64,000 nt of DNA, from the IMG/VR virus record IMGVR_UViG_3300032007_000049, positions 41,955-105,954 of that record; one strand, given 5' to 3'. Shown in pieces: positions 1 to 10,000 of this stretch (within the stretch, counting starts at the first letter, position 1; the number at the start of each line of letters is the position of its first letter). Source of the DNA: a virus. Its lineage: Duplodnaviria > Caudoviricetes. The translations under genes were made by a program, and so were the position numbers. The notes beneath the pieces were generated by a model, which worked only from the letters and a program-made list of their open reading frames with translations, was not told the origin of the DNA and searched no databases.

Positions 1-49
1 CAAATGGCGATTTTTTCTAATCTGTCGTGTTTTAAATAATCTGAATATT

Positions 50-274
50 TTATTGAGAAACATTGTATATTTGTTTTGCTTTTTGAATTTGTGATAATGT
101 ATATTGTTTGTCTAGCCAATAAGAATCTGGATAATCAATTACTGATGGATTCTCCATTAATTCCACATATATTCGCTGTATTTTATCGGCTTCATATAAA
201 TCATCATTATTATAACTGATACATCCAGTTAAAACAATAAAAATAAAATATAAAAATATATATTTAATTTGCAT
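50..274 (-). CDS. Small putative lipoprotein (possible spanin or exclusion lipoprotein)
   Basis: MQIKYIFLYFIFIVLTG-C signal peptide with lipobox; palindromic ATAAATATTTAT late promoter at 279-290. Confidence 0.5.
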   Translation of the reverse strand: MQIKYIFLYFIFIVLTGCISYNNDDLYEADKIQRIYVELMENPSVIDYPDSYWLDKQYTLSQIQKAKQIYNVSQ

Positions 275-293
275 GCACATAAATATTTATACC

Positions 294-920
294 ATGTCTA
301 AAGATGATTCTGAATTAATTTATGAAGCTTATACAAAAAGCTGCGAACAAATAAACGAAGGTATATTAGCGAGAGCAAGAGCCGGTTTAAATAATAGTGT
401 ATTGGGTAGAGCTGTTAATGCCGCTGGTAATTTGGTAACAGGCAACTGGTCAAAAATTGGCAGAGATATTGGATCGGATAGTGCTCATCATAAGTTCGAT
501 TCTCTTTGGAAATCACATCAAAAAGCATTCCAAAAAACAATAAGCAATTTTGTTAATGATTTAGTTAAATCAGAAGTTTTAAATCAAGCACAAGGTGCAC
601 AATTAACACAAGAGATATTTAATACTATTACAACTTCTGCAAATAATATAATGGGCGCTAATAAAGGAACTGCAATAACTCAAACAGGTAATGCTATTGC
701 TAACGCAAGTAAAGCTGTAGGTAATACAGTCGGCAATGCGGCCAAGAGTGCAGGGCAAGCAATTGGTAATGCTGGTAAAGCTGTAGGTAATGCATTAGCA
801 AGCCCAAGTCAAACTTTAGGTAAAGCATATGGTGCGGGAAAAGCAGGTATTAAAAACTTTGGTACAGCCGCGAAACAACAAGAGAAAAAAACATTAATGA
901 ACCCCGCGCCAGTGGCATAA
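294..920 (+). CDS. Ala/Gly-rich late protein with 11-residue amphipathic repeats, probable internal head protein
   Basis: Start moved to ATG 294 (TAAATA 8 nt upstream); N-terminus MSKDDSELIYE; repeats GNAIANASKAVGNTVGNAAKSAGQAIGNAGKAV. Confidence 0.6.
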   Translation: MSKDDSELIYEAYTKSCEQINEGILARARAGLNNSVLGRAVNAAGNLVTGNWSKIGRDIGSDSAHHKFDSLWKSHQKAFQKTISNFVNDLVKSEVLNQAQGAQLTQEIFNTITTSANNIMGANKGTAITQTGNAIANASKAVGNTVGNAAKSAGQAIGNAGKAVGNALASPSQTLGKAYGAGKAGIKNFGTAAKQQEKKTLMNPAPVA

Positions 921-942
921 TATAATTTAAATAATTTAAAAC

Positions 943-970
943 AAAAGAGCGGAAATATTTCCGCTCTTTT
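943..970. terminator. Bidirectional intrinsic terminator
   Basis: AAAAGAGCGGAAAT/ATTTCCGCTCTTTT inverted repeat between convergent genes. Confidence 0.85.
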
Positions 971-1612
971 TTAATGTGTTAAATCTATATATTTTTGAAT
1001 TTCTTTTGTTATATCTTGTGGTGATTGTGTTCCATCTATTACATATGTTTCAACATTTTTAAATAGTGGATCAATTATTGATTGATCATAATATTCAACC
1101 ATATTAACAAACTTTTCACGAGAAAGATTATCATAATAATCTATTTTACCTGTTATTTCAGTTTTTCTATTTGATGAATTTCGTCTGTTAATAATATCAT
1201 CCGCAGATATTTTTAAATAAAATCGTTTATAATCAAAATTAGCATTCAATAACGATATTATATCATATATAATTTCTGTAAATAATCTATAATTTGTTTC
1301 TAATAATTTATGAATACACCCTTGATATACATACATCGAAGTAATACCTCTATCCACAACATTAGAAACTTGATTTTTATCGTCTAACATTTTTTCGTAT
1401 ACAGAATAAAATGAAGCTGTCAATAATCCTAGTTGAGCCCTACTAGTAATATTAGGATCATATTTAATCAATTGTCTAATCTCTTCCCCAATTTTAGTAG
1501 AACCGGGAATACGTATGTATTCCATATTATATATAGATTTCAACGCATTTGCTTGTGATGTTTTTCCCGCGTATTCAGGGCCTTCTAATTCCACTAACAA
1601 AGGTTTACTCAT
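971..1612 (-). CDS. tmk: Thymidylate (dNMP) kinase
   Basis: P-loop ELEGPEYAGKTS, R-x-PG..IGEEIR, VVDR motif. Confidence 0.85.
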   Translation of the reverse strand: MSKPLLVELEGPEYAGKTSQANALKSIYNMEYIRIPGSTKIGEEIRQLIKYDPNITSRAQLGLLTASFYSVYEKMLDDKNQVSNVVDRGITSMYVYQGCIHKLLETNYRLFTEIIYDIISLLNANFDYKRFYLKISADDIINRRNSSNRKTEITGKIDYYDNLSREKFVNMVEYYDQSIIDPLFKNVETYVIDGTQSPQDITKEIQKYIDLTH

Positions 1613-1654
1613 AATTTAAATATAATTTGATTTTGTAAAAAATCAACAAATTAA

Positions 1655-2065
1655 TTATTTTACAAATATATTATGCCAATTGCTAAATATAGCAGCAGCA
1701 ACGGTACCTATAAAAGCTATCCAAGTTATTTTGGTCTTGAAATCAATTTTTGTACTATGCTTATAATTATCTTTCAAGTTTTCTAATTGCTTATTAACAG
1801 ATTTAAATCCTTCATCCATCTGTTGCTGCATATTAAGCATTTTAATTTTTAATTCATTTAATTTAACTTGCGTAGATTCTTCTGCGTATTTAAATTTCAT
1901 ATCTAATACTTTTTCCAAATCTATATCTAACGTTTTTTTGACATTACTCATTTCTTTATTCAAGTTAGATACCTGAATTGTGATGGGTAGTTGACCATTA
2001 CCTATATATAAAGTATGGTTTATTTTTTCTATTTCATCATTCAAACGTTGAATAGTGGAATCCAT
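1655..2065 (-). CDS. Coiled-coil protein with C-terminal transmembrane helix (possible holin or XhlA-like lysis protein)
   Basis: Heptad-like body; C-terminal ITWIAFIGTVAAAIFS; TAAATA upstream. Confidence 0.45.
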   Translation of the reverse strand: MDSTIQRLNDEIEKINHTLYIGNGQLPITIQVSNLNKEMSNVKKTLDIDLEKVLDMKFKYAEESTQVKLNELKIKMLNMQQQMDEGFKSVNKQLENLKDNYKHSTKIDFKTKITWIAFIGTVAAAIFSNWHNIFVK

Positions 2066-2091
2066 ATTTAATATTATTTATTAAAAAAGGG

Positions 2092-2118
2092 TGAAAAATG
2101 GGATATACCCATTTTTCA
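2092..2118 (-). terminator. Hairpin, probable terminator
   Basis: TGAAAAATGGG-atata-CCCATTTTTCA immediately after stop of 2119..2316. Confidence 0.6.
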
Positions 2119-2316
2119 TTATCCCAATATCAATCTTAATGATTCATTATTAATATTATTATCTTTTATTTCTAGAACAATAATATTAGATTGTGAATAC
2201 CATATACCTGATATGCATAAATCACCATTTGCTGAAACATCGGTGATTATACCTGATTGAGGCATTGAATTGGAATTTACTTTATATATTATTTGTTTTC
2301 CTATTTTGTCATTCAT
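2119..2316 (-). CDS. Hypothetical protein
   Basis: 65-aa ORF tightly packed behind 2318..2851. Confidence 0.55.
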   Translation of the reverse strand: MNDKIGKQIIYKVNSNSMPQSGIITDVSANGDLCISGIWYSQSNIIVLEIKDNNINNESLRLILG

Positions 2317-2317
2317 T

Positions 2318-2851
2318 TTACAGATCTAATTGTAGTTGACGGTTTATTATTTCACTATTTTTGTCAATTATTATGACTTTCTTTAAATTATAAATTTTAT
2401 TTTTATCTTTCGCAACTGATATCGGAAATTTTCTAAAATAATATAAAGAATCATTATCAATAAAATATGATGGATGTTTCAAAATAAATGTTTCCACAAT
2501 ACGTTGAATCATCGCTTTAAACTGTCGTCGAGTAGCTAATTTTTTAGATTGTGTTGTAAAAAGAAATCTTTTAGGTATAGAAACATATACATTAATTAAT
2601 CCATCATATTTGCTATATATAGTACCAAAATCTATTAATGCATCATCTGATTTTGTTTCTTCATCTGAACTTGGAACATATTGGGTTCCTTGACCAGGGG
2701 AAGTTGGACATTTTCCCTGTTGATAATAACTATCTTTAGTAGGAGACGGAATACCACTATATTTATACGAAGTTGGAGTATCGTAATTTTGATATCCCCA
2801 GTTCGCGGTTATATAATTTTCCCATATTAATTCTGAATCAGTCTTTTCCAT
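2318..2851 (-). CDS. Hypothetical late protein, probable internal head protein
   Basis: TAAATA upstream; N-terminus MEKTDSELIWE resembles that of 294..920. Confidence 0.6.
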   Translation of the reverse strand: MEKTDSELIWENYITANWGYQNYDTPTSYKYSGIPSPTKDSYYQQGKCPTSPGQGTQYVPSSDEETKSDDALIDFGTIYSKYDGLINVYVSIPKRFLFTTQSKKLATRRQFKAMIQRIVETFILKHPSYFIDNDSLYYFRKFPISVAKDKNKIYNLKKVIIIDKNSEIINRQLQLDL

Positions 2852-2868
2852 TCAATATTAAATATTTA

Positions 2869-2897
2869 TTGATTTTCATATGAAAGTACTTTAAAAT
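2869..2897 (+). promoter_or_regulatory. Sigma70-like early promoter, 6 nt from ATG
   Basis: TTGATT-N17-TAAAAT-N6-ATG; representative of about 10 similar sites. Confidence 0.7.
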
Positions 2898-2903
2898 AAA
2901 AAA

Positions 2904-3773
2904 ATGAAACTTTTAATTATAGATGGAAATAACTTATTACATCGAGTTTATTGGGTGGCTAAAAAGCAAGAAACTTATAACATGAATCAAGTAGTTTTAA
3001 GTTTTCTAAAAAGTATAAAATACAATATTTCAAAATTTAACCCTGATAGAGTCATATGTACTTGGGATAAAAAATTACAATCGAATGTATCTAATTTTAG
3101 AATTGATGAATCAGATACATATAAAGCAAATAGATTAAAAAATGATGAAATTTATGAAGCAACATATATTATTGATGAATTTTTAGATACTCTTGGTATA
3201 AAAGTAATGTACCCGGGTTGTCTAGAAGCAGATGATATTATGCATTATATTTCGATAAAAAATCTTGATGAAAATATTATAATATCAACAGATAAAGATA
3301 TATTACAATTAGTTAACGAACATACTAAAATTTATAACCCTGTTAAAAAAATACTTTATAATACAAATAATTTTGAATCATTGGTAGGTAACTCTATAAA
3401 AGATTTTGTTCTTATAAAAGCTATAGTTGGGGATAATTCAGATAATATTAAAGGATTAACAGGTTATGGAATAAAAAGAGCAAAAAAATTAATCCAACAC
3501 CCAGAAAAAATAACCGATGAACAAATGGTTATAATAGAACAAAACTTAAAATTGATAGATTTATCAAAAGGATGGCAAGTGAACGAGCCACAAGAAGAAT
3601 ATATATATAGAGAACAATATAATAAAGAATGGCCTATTGCGGATAAAAATAAATTTTTTGAATTATGTGAAAAAAATAATATATCAGAATTTTTAAATAT
3701 TAATTATTGGAAAATATTTTTTGAACCAAAAACAAAAAAGATTAATAATTTAATAGATTTTTTATCTGATTAA
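2904..3773 (+). CDS. rnh: T4 RNase H-like 5'-3' exonuclease (FEN family)
   Basis: LIIDGNNLLHR, YKANR, LEADD, STDKD, GDNSDNIKG motifs. Confidence 0.9.
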   Translation: MKLLIIDGNNLLHRVYWVAKKQETYNMNQVVLSFLKSIKYNISKFNPDRVICTWDKKLQSNVSNFRIDESDTYKANRLKNDEIYEATYIIDEFLDTLGIKVMYPGCLEADDIMHYISIKNLDENIIISTDKDILQLVNEHTKIYNPVKKILYNTNNFESLVGNSIKDFVLIKAIVGDNSDNIKGLTGYGIKRAKKLIQHPEKITDEQMVIIEQNLKLIDLSKGWQVNEPQEEYIYREQYNKEWPIADKNKFFELCEKNNISEFLNINYWKIFFEPKTKKINNLIDFLSD

Positions 3774-3778
3774 ATAAA

Positions 3779-4081
3779 TTATTCTTCTTCAAATACATAT
3801 ACAGAAGAAGTAGTAGGAGTACATATTCCAGATCTAGGAGGATTTTTATATCCAAATACTGTTAAATCTAATAATCCATTTATAACTGTTAATCCTAATG
3901 GATTTCCATCAGCAATTCCACAATTTTTAATATCTTTTACATAAAACATTTCACCTTCTTTACCTGATAAACAATCAGATTTAGTATTAATTATGGGAAG
4001 TATATGTTTTAATAACGTATTATTTGTTATTTGAAAACTATACAATCCATTTTCAGGTGTTATATGTTCATATGTATCCAT
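3779..4081 (-). CDS. Hypothetical tail-fibre cluster protein
   Basis: Last ORF of the co-oriented structural cluster. Confidence 0.5.
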   Translation of the reverse strand: MDTYEHITPENGLYSFQITNNTLLKHILPIINTKSDCLSGKEGEMFYVKDIKNCGIADGNPLGLTVINGLLDLTVFGYKNPPRSGICTPTTSSVYVFEEE

Positions 4082-4083
4082 AA

Positions 4084-4395
4084 TTATAGATAATTAATTT
4101 GATATGTATTCCAAATATCACTAATACCTGTATAAATTTTTATTTGTGAATTATTATAAACAATATCCCCTGCTATTATTCCTTCAGTGGGAAGTTCCAT
4201 ATTTTCTGAAGATAACACAATATTATGAATAGGATTGCCACCCATAGTTTCTCCATCACCAACATATAAACGTTTGGCATCGGTTGCATAACCTAATTCA
4301 CCTTCTGATAATATACATTTCATTAATTCAGAAGTTGTTCCTTTTCTTACTATAAAACGAAAAGGAGTATTTTCATTTATTGTTGCGATTTCCAT
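4084..4395 (-). CDS. Protein with Mtd_N/hyaluronidase-N-like fibre attachment domain
   Basis: VRKG..GELGYATDAKRLYVGDG..GGNPI. Confidence 0.75.
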   Translation of the reverse strand: MEIATINENTPFRFIVRKGTTSELMKCILSEGELGYATDAKRLYVGDGETMGGNPIHNIVLSSENMELPTEGIIAGDIVYNNSQIKIYTGISDIWNTYQINYL

Positions 4396-4399
4396 AATT

Positions 4400-5347
4400 T
4401 TATGAAGTTACCACTAATGTTGTTACAGTTCTTGGGTACCAATAACTAACTGATTCATTACCACTTAAATTATCTATCGATGTTACAGAAGATCCGAATA
4501 TAGAAGTTAATGTTTGAGCGTTCATATTAGTTAAAAATGAACTATCAATTGTTGATGTTAAAGTCGATACTGCAGTAGAAGAAAGTGAACTAACAGTACC
4601 CGTACTTAAAGCAAGACCTTGTCCTAAATATATAGTATCATACATCCAATCATGTTTCCGTTTTTCAAACTCTATCCAGCTGTTAGAAGGATATACAACT
4701 AATTTATCTGATTCATACGAAGGACCGCTCCCATCAGCACCAGCAGCACTGAATATAGAAGATATTGTATATTTAGGTCCTATGGGCCCATATTGAGCTT
4801 CCCAATAGTTGCCAGTTAACGGAGAATGTTCAAAATCAAAAAAAGGTATATCTAATCTATTTTCATAACATGAAAATACATCAGAAAAACGCAAATATAT
4901 ACCCGCATTTCCTAAAGTTGTTATAGGATTAGAATAAGTATCTAAAAGATTAAATGTAAATTGTGGATATGTGTCACCTGGAAGAACAGTTCCATCTGCG
5001 GTTGTTACTGGTTGAGAAGAAATTTCAACAGTTCTAAAAAACATTGGATCAAAATTTGTCCCTGCGCCTCCATTATCACCACCCAAAGATTTCCAATAAC
5101 TTTGATCATACCAATACATTACACCATTAACCAATGCAATATCATTAGTTATAGGGTTGGTAATTTGTTGTAACGTATTTGCCTTCCAATGAACTGGTAT
5201 GGGATTACCACCGGCAGTTTCCCCATCACCTATGTATAAACGTTTTGTATCTAAAGTATAAGCAGGTTCGCCTTCATCAAATACAACATCTTTACGTTCA
5301 GCTTCTAAACCTCTTCTAAATTTTAATTTTACTATTTCTGTTTTCAT
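4400..5347 (-). CDS. Tail fibre protein with Mtd_N-like N-terminal domain
   Basis: FRRG..GEPAYTLDTKRLYIGDG..GGNPI; Ser/Thr-rich C-terminus. Confidence 0.75.
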   Translation of the reverse strand: MKTEIVKLKFRRGLEAERKDVVFDEGEPAYTLDTKRLYIGDGETAGGNPIPVHWKANTLQQITNPITNDIALVNGVMYWYDQSYWKSLGGDNGGAGTNFDPMFFRTVEISSQPVTTADGTVLPGDTYPQFTFNLLDTYSNPITTLGNAGIYLRFSDVFSCYENRLDIPFFDFEHSPLTGNYWEAQYGPIGPKYTISSIFSAAGADGSGPSYESDKLVVYPSNSWIEFEKRKHDWMYDTIYLGQGLALSTGTVSSLSSTAVSTLTSTIDSSFLTNMNAQTLTSIFGSSVTSIDNLSGNESVSYWYPRTVTTLVVTS

Positions 5348-5349
5348 TT

Positions 5350-6351
5350 TTATGATCGTGATTTATATATTGCTGCAACAACTTGTAATGAAAATCCATA
5401 ATGATCTGGATATTGTTCTTTATTTTTATATCCTCCTCTAACATATGTCCATCCTTCACCTGTCGAAGGCCTTGTTTGTAAAATTTTAAAATTTGTTGAT
5501 CCTTGAACATATGGAAGAACATATATAGCATTAGAAAGTGTTTTAGGAATTGAGGGGTTTGCCTCCTTGGATTGTTTTGTTATAGGGGCATCAAATCCAT
5601 CCCATAATCCAGGATATGTTAAATATGTATCACAACCTGTTTGTGAACCATAACTATCATGACTATTATCCAACATATATGTACTAATTCGCAATACAAC
5701 AGCAATTGCTGTTGAAGCATTTGCAACATAACTAGCAAAATCCATTTCATGTGAAATAGAATTTGCCCCCCAGCCATCTTCATAATAAGTGTAACCTAGG
5801 TAACCGTACCCTTCTCTCTTACCATAAAGCATATTAGATAAAGTTTTATCAAATTCTATATCATTTTCGTTATTATTATCTTTTGGCCCCAATTTTAATA
5901 TATCACCTTCATCAGCAGCAATATAAGGCCATCGGGTTTTTCCAAATTTTGCATAATTATTATCGATAAATAATTCACTATTTTTAAACGAATATTGTGT
6001 ACCTAATTTATTATATAATAATGCTTGATGTTGTTTAAATCCATCACCTGATAAAACAAAGGATTTACCACCACTTAAAACAGTATACAATGAATGAGGA
6101 TATAAATCAACTGTATTATCATGTACAATAGAACACCCTTCAACTGAAACCATTAGATTACTTTTTACACCACTTCCATCATATATACATGAATATCCAG
6201 AATAAGCAGAATTATATGTAGAGGAATTTAATGATTCTCTAATTTTGCTTTTATCATGACTTTTTATTAAAATAGGATTACCATTAGTAAATGGATCATT
6301 TACCATTACATTTGGATATGTTTTTGCTATATATCTATCAGTAAAATTCAT
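5350..6351 (-). CDS. Putative tail fibre or virion protein
   Basis: Beta-rich; YDGSGVKSNL motif resembling the neighbour's MDGYGTASQL; position in the cluster. Confidence 0.5.
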   Translation of the reverse strand: MNFTDRYIAKTYPNVMVNDPFTNGNPILIKSHDKSKIRESLNSSTYNSAYSGYSCIYDGSGVKSNLMVSVEGCSIVHDNTVDLYPHSLYTVLSGGKSFVLSGDGFKQHQALLYNKLGTQYSFKNSELFIDNNYAKFGKTRWPYIAADEGDILKLGPKDNNNENDIEFDKTLSNMLYGKREGYGYLGYTYYEDGWGANSISHEMDFASYVANASTAIAVVLRISTYMLDNSHDSYGSQTGCDTYLTYPGLWDGFDAPITKQSKEANPSIPKTLSNAIYVLPYVQGSTNFKILQTRPSTGEGWTYVRGGYKNKEQYPDHYGFSLQVVAAIYKSRS

Positions 6352-6354
6352 TTA

Positions 6355-7080
6355 TTATCCTTCTATATATTCATATCTATATATTCTTATTGCTGATTCA
6401 CGTTGATTGTAATTATTTACGGCGTGCAATTGTCCCATACTAGTTAAATTATCATTAAACATGGATGCAGGAACAACCCCTGAAAAATTATATCCATATT
6501 CTGATATTTTTCCTCCGGTATCACCATATTCAGAAATATATATATCACCAACTGCCTCTATCCAAAGTCTTACAATTTTTCTCCCTGCTGGGGCTATATT
6601 TATGGTTGTCGGAACACCCCCAATTTTCATCCAATAATTATTCTGTGAACTAGATGCATAATCACTCACCGCATATAAAACAGGGTTATCAATTTTGTAA
6701 TCTTTAAAAGTTGTACCTTGTAATACCAAAAAATTCGTGTTATTATCTGCATTGGGAATATTTAAATTAATATTTTTATATAAAATATTATTTCCACCAT
6801 CTGTAGATAAAATACTGGCAGATATTCCCGTTATTGTATTATAATTATCACCTGTTACAAATATATTATTATTATATAAATTGTCATTATTTAATGTAGG
6901 ATATATAACACTATTAAGTTTAATAGAATTATTTGAACCATCACCATAATATTTATTAACATATAATTGAGATGCCGTTCCATATCCATCCATAATTGGA
7001 TTTCCGGTTGATAAACTCAACTGCATTACAGATTGATATGTTAGACTTATGCTATTTCCTGATAATGAATTTTCTGTCAT
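6355..7080 (-). CDS. Putative tail fibre or virion protein
   Basis: Asn/Ser/Gly-rich; N-terminus resembles flanking ORFs. Confidence 0.5.
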   Translation of the reverse strand: MTENSLSGNSISLTYQSVMQLSLSTGNPIMDGYGTASQLYVNKYYGDGSNNSIKLNSVIYPTLNNDNLYNNNIFVTGDNYNTITGISASILSTDGGNNILYKNINLNIPNADNNTNFLVLQGTTFKDYKIDNPVLYAVSDYASSSQNNYWMKIGGVPTTINIAPAGRKIVRLWIEAVGDIYISEYGDTGGKISEYGYNFSGVVPASMFNDNLTSMGQLHAVNNYNQRESAIRIYRYEYIEG

Positions 7081-7103
7081 AATTATTCCTTCGTCATAAC
7101 ATT

Positions 7104-7886
7104 TTATCTATAAGTGCTATCGTTTAATATCATTCCTGTTATCATAGCATTTCCAATTTTAAAATAACCACCATCAGAATTTACGAAAATGTATTGTTCT
7201 TTATTAGCCATAAGGCCATACATATTAACCCAATCGTTATTACGATTTCCGTATATAGGTGTGTTATTAATAACCACTGGAACCCTTGGGCCATTATTAC
7301 TTTTTCGTATTTTTACATATGTAACTTTATTATTAAAATAACCATAAGAAGGGTGATACAAACTATTAAAATCAATTTCAGTCCCACTAACTCCTTGCCA
7401 CCCATTTGCATTAAAATTACCAACACCATCAACAAAACTAATTTCTTTATTAATATTTAATCCTATATTATCAGCACGGAAAACACCATCTCTTTTTATA
7501 TAATATGCAGAAGGCGTGTTGGTACCGGTGGTATTATTGAATGTATAAGTATTTTCACCAATTTTAATATTATTTTGTGTCGCTAATACTTTATCGGATT
7601 GAACTATCTTGTTGACATCCAACATAAATAATCGTGTTGGTGATATTGTTGTGGGATAAAAATAATTGCCAAATTTTACACTAGTTTTCGATAATGATAA
7701 TGAAGTTTGATAAATATCATATATATAAACAGGAGAAATATTGATACGACTATCACCTAAATAATATGGAACCAGTAAATGATATACATTAAAATAAGAG
7801 CCATCAGTTACTGTTGTGGTTAAATTTTTAGTTCCTTCACCACCTATAACCTGATCACGTAATCCACTAAACCCATTATCACTCAT
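7104..7886 (-). CDS. Putative tail fibre or virion protein
   Basis: TAAATA late promoter 10 nt upstream; beta-rich composition. Confidence 0.5.
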   Translation of the reverse strand: MSDNGFSGLRDQVIGGEGTKNLTTTVTDGSYFNVYHLLVPYYLGDSRINISPVYIYDIYQTSLSLSKTSVKFGNYFYPTTISPTRLFMLDVNKIVQSDKVLATQNNIKIGENTYTFNNTTGTNTPSAYYIKRDGVFRADNIGLNINKEISFVDGVGNFNANGWQGVSGTEIDFNSLYHPSYGYFNNKVTYVKIRKSNNGPRVPVVINNTPIYGNRNNDWVNMYGLMANKEQYIFVNSDGGYFKIGNAMITGMILNDSTYR

Positions 7887-7918
7887 TTTATTAAAATATT
7901 TATTAGTCTATTCATTAA

Positions 7919-10000
7919 TTACAATATTATTTCAGCGTTGAGTGATTTTTTAGTATTAAGTATTACGGATTGCATATTATCTAATATTGTTTTCTCAAAA
8001 TTATAAAATCTTTCGATTATTCTATTTACAACACAAACATCAATATTTTCATTATCATATATTTTTATATCATCTAAATTTAACAATTCATTTTGTATAT
8101 AATCAAAACGTTTAATAAGGATATTTGAATATTCATCATATTCCATTACTGGTTTGAATATAATTTTAGTTGCGAGATAATTTAAATTATATGCTAGTTT
8201 AAATAATGCTTTATTATAAGTTAAAGATTGAACGTATTCATTTTTAATATAAATATCATCTAATTTATATATATCAAAATCTGAATAATAATTAACTATT
8301 TTATTATTATCATTAGCCAATAATGTATTATATGAAATATTATCAACACAATATAATATACGGCTATTTATAACAACAAAAATATAATCATATTTACTAT
8401 CCACATGAACAATAGGCATACATTTTATATTAACAGTATAATAATCACTCGTTAAAAAAGTTGATGATTCTTCTGCTATATCATATTCGCCCCATTTATA
8501 TGGATCTGCTTCCCAATTTAAATTATTGAAATTCCATTTACTATGACCACTTCTTACTATTTGATATCTACGAAATAGGAATGAACCAATATTTTCATGT
8601 AATTTCGTCATGAATTTTTTAAAAATTCTTCTATTAGTTACTACATAACAAATATTAGAAGTATTATATGATGAATACATTTTATGGCAAAATTCGTCAT
8701 TATCTAAATATATGCCAGAAAATACTTTCTCTTTAAATTGAAATTTAATATCATATTTTAAAATATATGCATCACGAGTTAAAATATAATATTCCTCTGT
8801 AATATCGTTATAAATTATATCAACAGGTTTGTTTGCTTGGAAATTACGATTATTCATTGTTCCAAGCCAATTAAATGCTTTATCAAATATTTTTATTGAA
8901 TCATCACCCAAATCAAATACCATTAATTGATTATTGATGAATCTAACGATGGTTGGATCAATAAATTTATAATTATTTCCACCAGTTGCATCTTGATCAC
9001 CAAATATGTTAACTAGCATAAATCTTCGTTTAAACAATTTATCTTCATTAATAATATTTGATATATCATACATATATATATTACCACTTCCTCTATCTAA
9101 TACATATAAATATTTTTCACCATCAAATGCAATACTATCTAATTTATTATATGTTAAATTATTGATATATGTTAATGAACCTACACGGCCACCGTTTTCA
9201 TCAATCGTATCTATGTCTTGTGACGCACTATCATCGATAAATTGAGTATTTAATATTAATTTCATGTTGCTAATATTCGATTCTGATAAATTTTCAGTTT
9301 CTTCATCGAATTTAGAACGTAAACATATTATTCTATTGGCAAACGGTGCTTCTGACAATGGGGCATCAGCATCTGTTGTTGTAATAGCAAATAGAAATGA
9401 ATATTCCCCCCTATTAATGGCAACAGCTTCGCGTATGTTATTAATCAAACGCATATTAATAACATCATTTGCTAATGTTCTATAATCAAAATCAACAGGT
9501 TTTCGTTCAATATCCTCTGTACCTTGTGTACCATTGGATTCTTGCCATACAAAATATTCATTCGGATTTCCATCATCCGTTACCATCATATTTTTATACC
9601 TGCCAGCCCAATCACGAAGTTTCAATGGAACATAATTATTAGGTACAAAACTATTAGAATATATATAAATTAAATTACTATATAATTTGTTTAACGAATT
9701 ATTAAATATAGATGCTTTAACAGGTGAATTAACATCTATTCTGATATCATTTAAGGAATATGGTAAAGTTAATGTTTCGTTTGGTAAACGATCACGTAAA
9801 TACGGAGAATGATTTAATTCATTCTCTATAACATTATCACATTCAACAGAATATATTTGATCGTGTTTACCCTGCCATGCGTTCCCATTATTATCAACAT
9901 TATAAAACCCTTCTATAGGATTGCCTGTTATTTTGCTATAATATATATAATATTGATTTGGGTTCTTATCCCCTGATGGAATATATTCAAAATACTTCAT
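7919..10000 (-). CDS. Virion structural protein with probable NHL/beta-propeller domain
   Basis: LDSIAFDGEKYLYVLDRGSGNIYMYD and PTIVRF..LMVFDLGDDSIKIFD blades. Confidence 0.6.
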   Translation of the reverse strand: MKYFEYIPSGDKNPNQYYIYYSKITGNPIEGFYNVDNNGNAWQGKHDQIYSVECDNVIENELNHSPYLRDRLPNETLTLPYSLNDIRIDVNSPVKASIFNNSLNKLYSNLIYIYSNSFVPNNYVPLKLRDWAGRYKNMMVTDDGNPNEYFVWQESNGTQGTEDIERKPVDFDYRTLANDVINMRLINNIREAVAINRGEYSFLFAITTTDADAPLSEAPFANRIICLRSKFDEETENLSESNISNMKLILNTQFIDDSASQDIDTIDENGGRVGSLTYINNLTYNKLDSIAFDGEKYLYVLDRGSGNIYMYDISNIINEDKLFKRRFMLVNIFGDQDATGGNNYKFIDPTIVRFINNQLMVFDLGDDSIKIFDKAFNWLGTMNNRNFQANKPVDIIYNDITEEYYILTRDAYILKYDIKFQFKEKVFSGIYLDNDEFCHKMYSSYNTSNICYVVTNRRIFKKFMTKLHENIGSFLFRRYQIVRSGHSKWNFNNLNWEADPYKWGEYDIAEESSTFLTSDYYTVNIKCMPIVHVDSKYDYIFVVINSRILYCVDNISYNTLLANDNNKIVNYYSDFDIYKLDDIYIKNEYVQSLTYNKALFKLAYNLNYLATKIIFKPVMEYDEYSNILIKRFDYIQNELLNLDDIKIYDNENIDVCVVNRIIERFYNFEKTILDNMQSVILNTKKSLNAEIIL

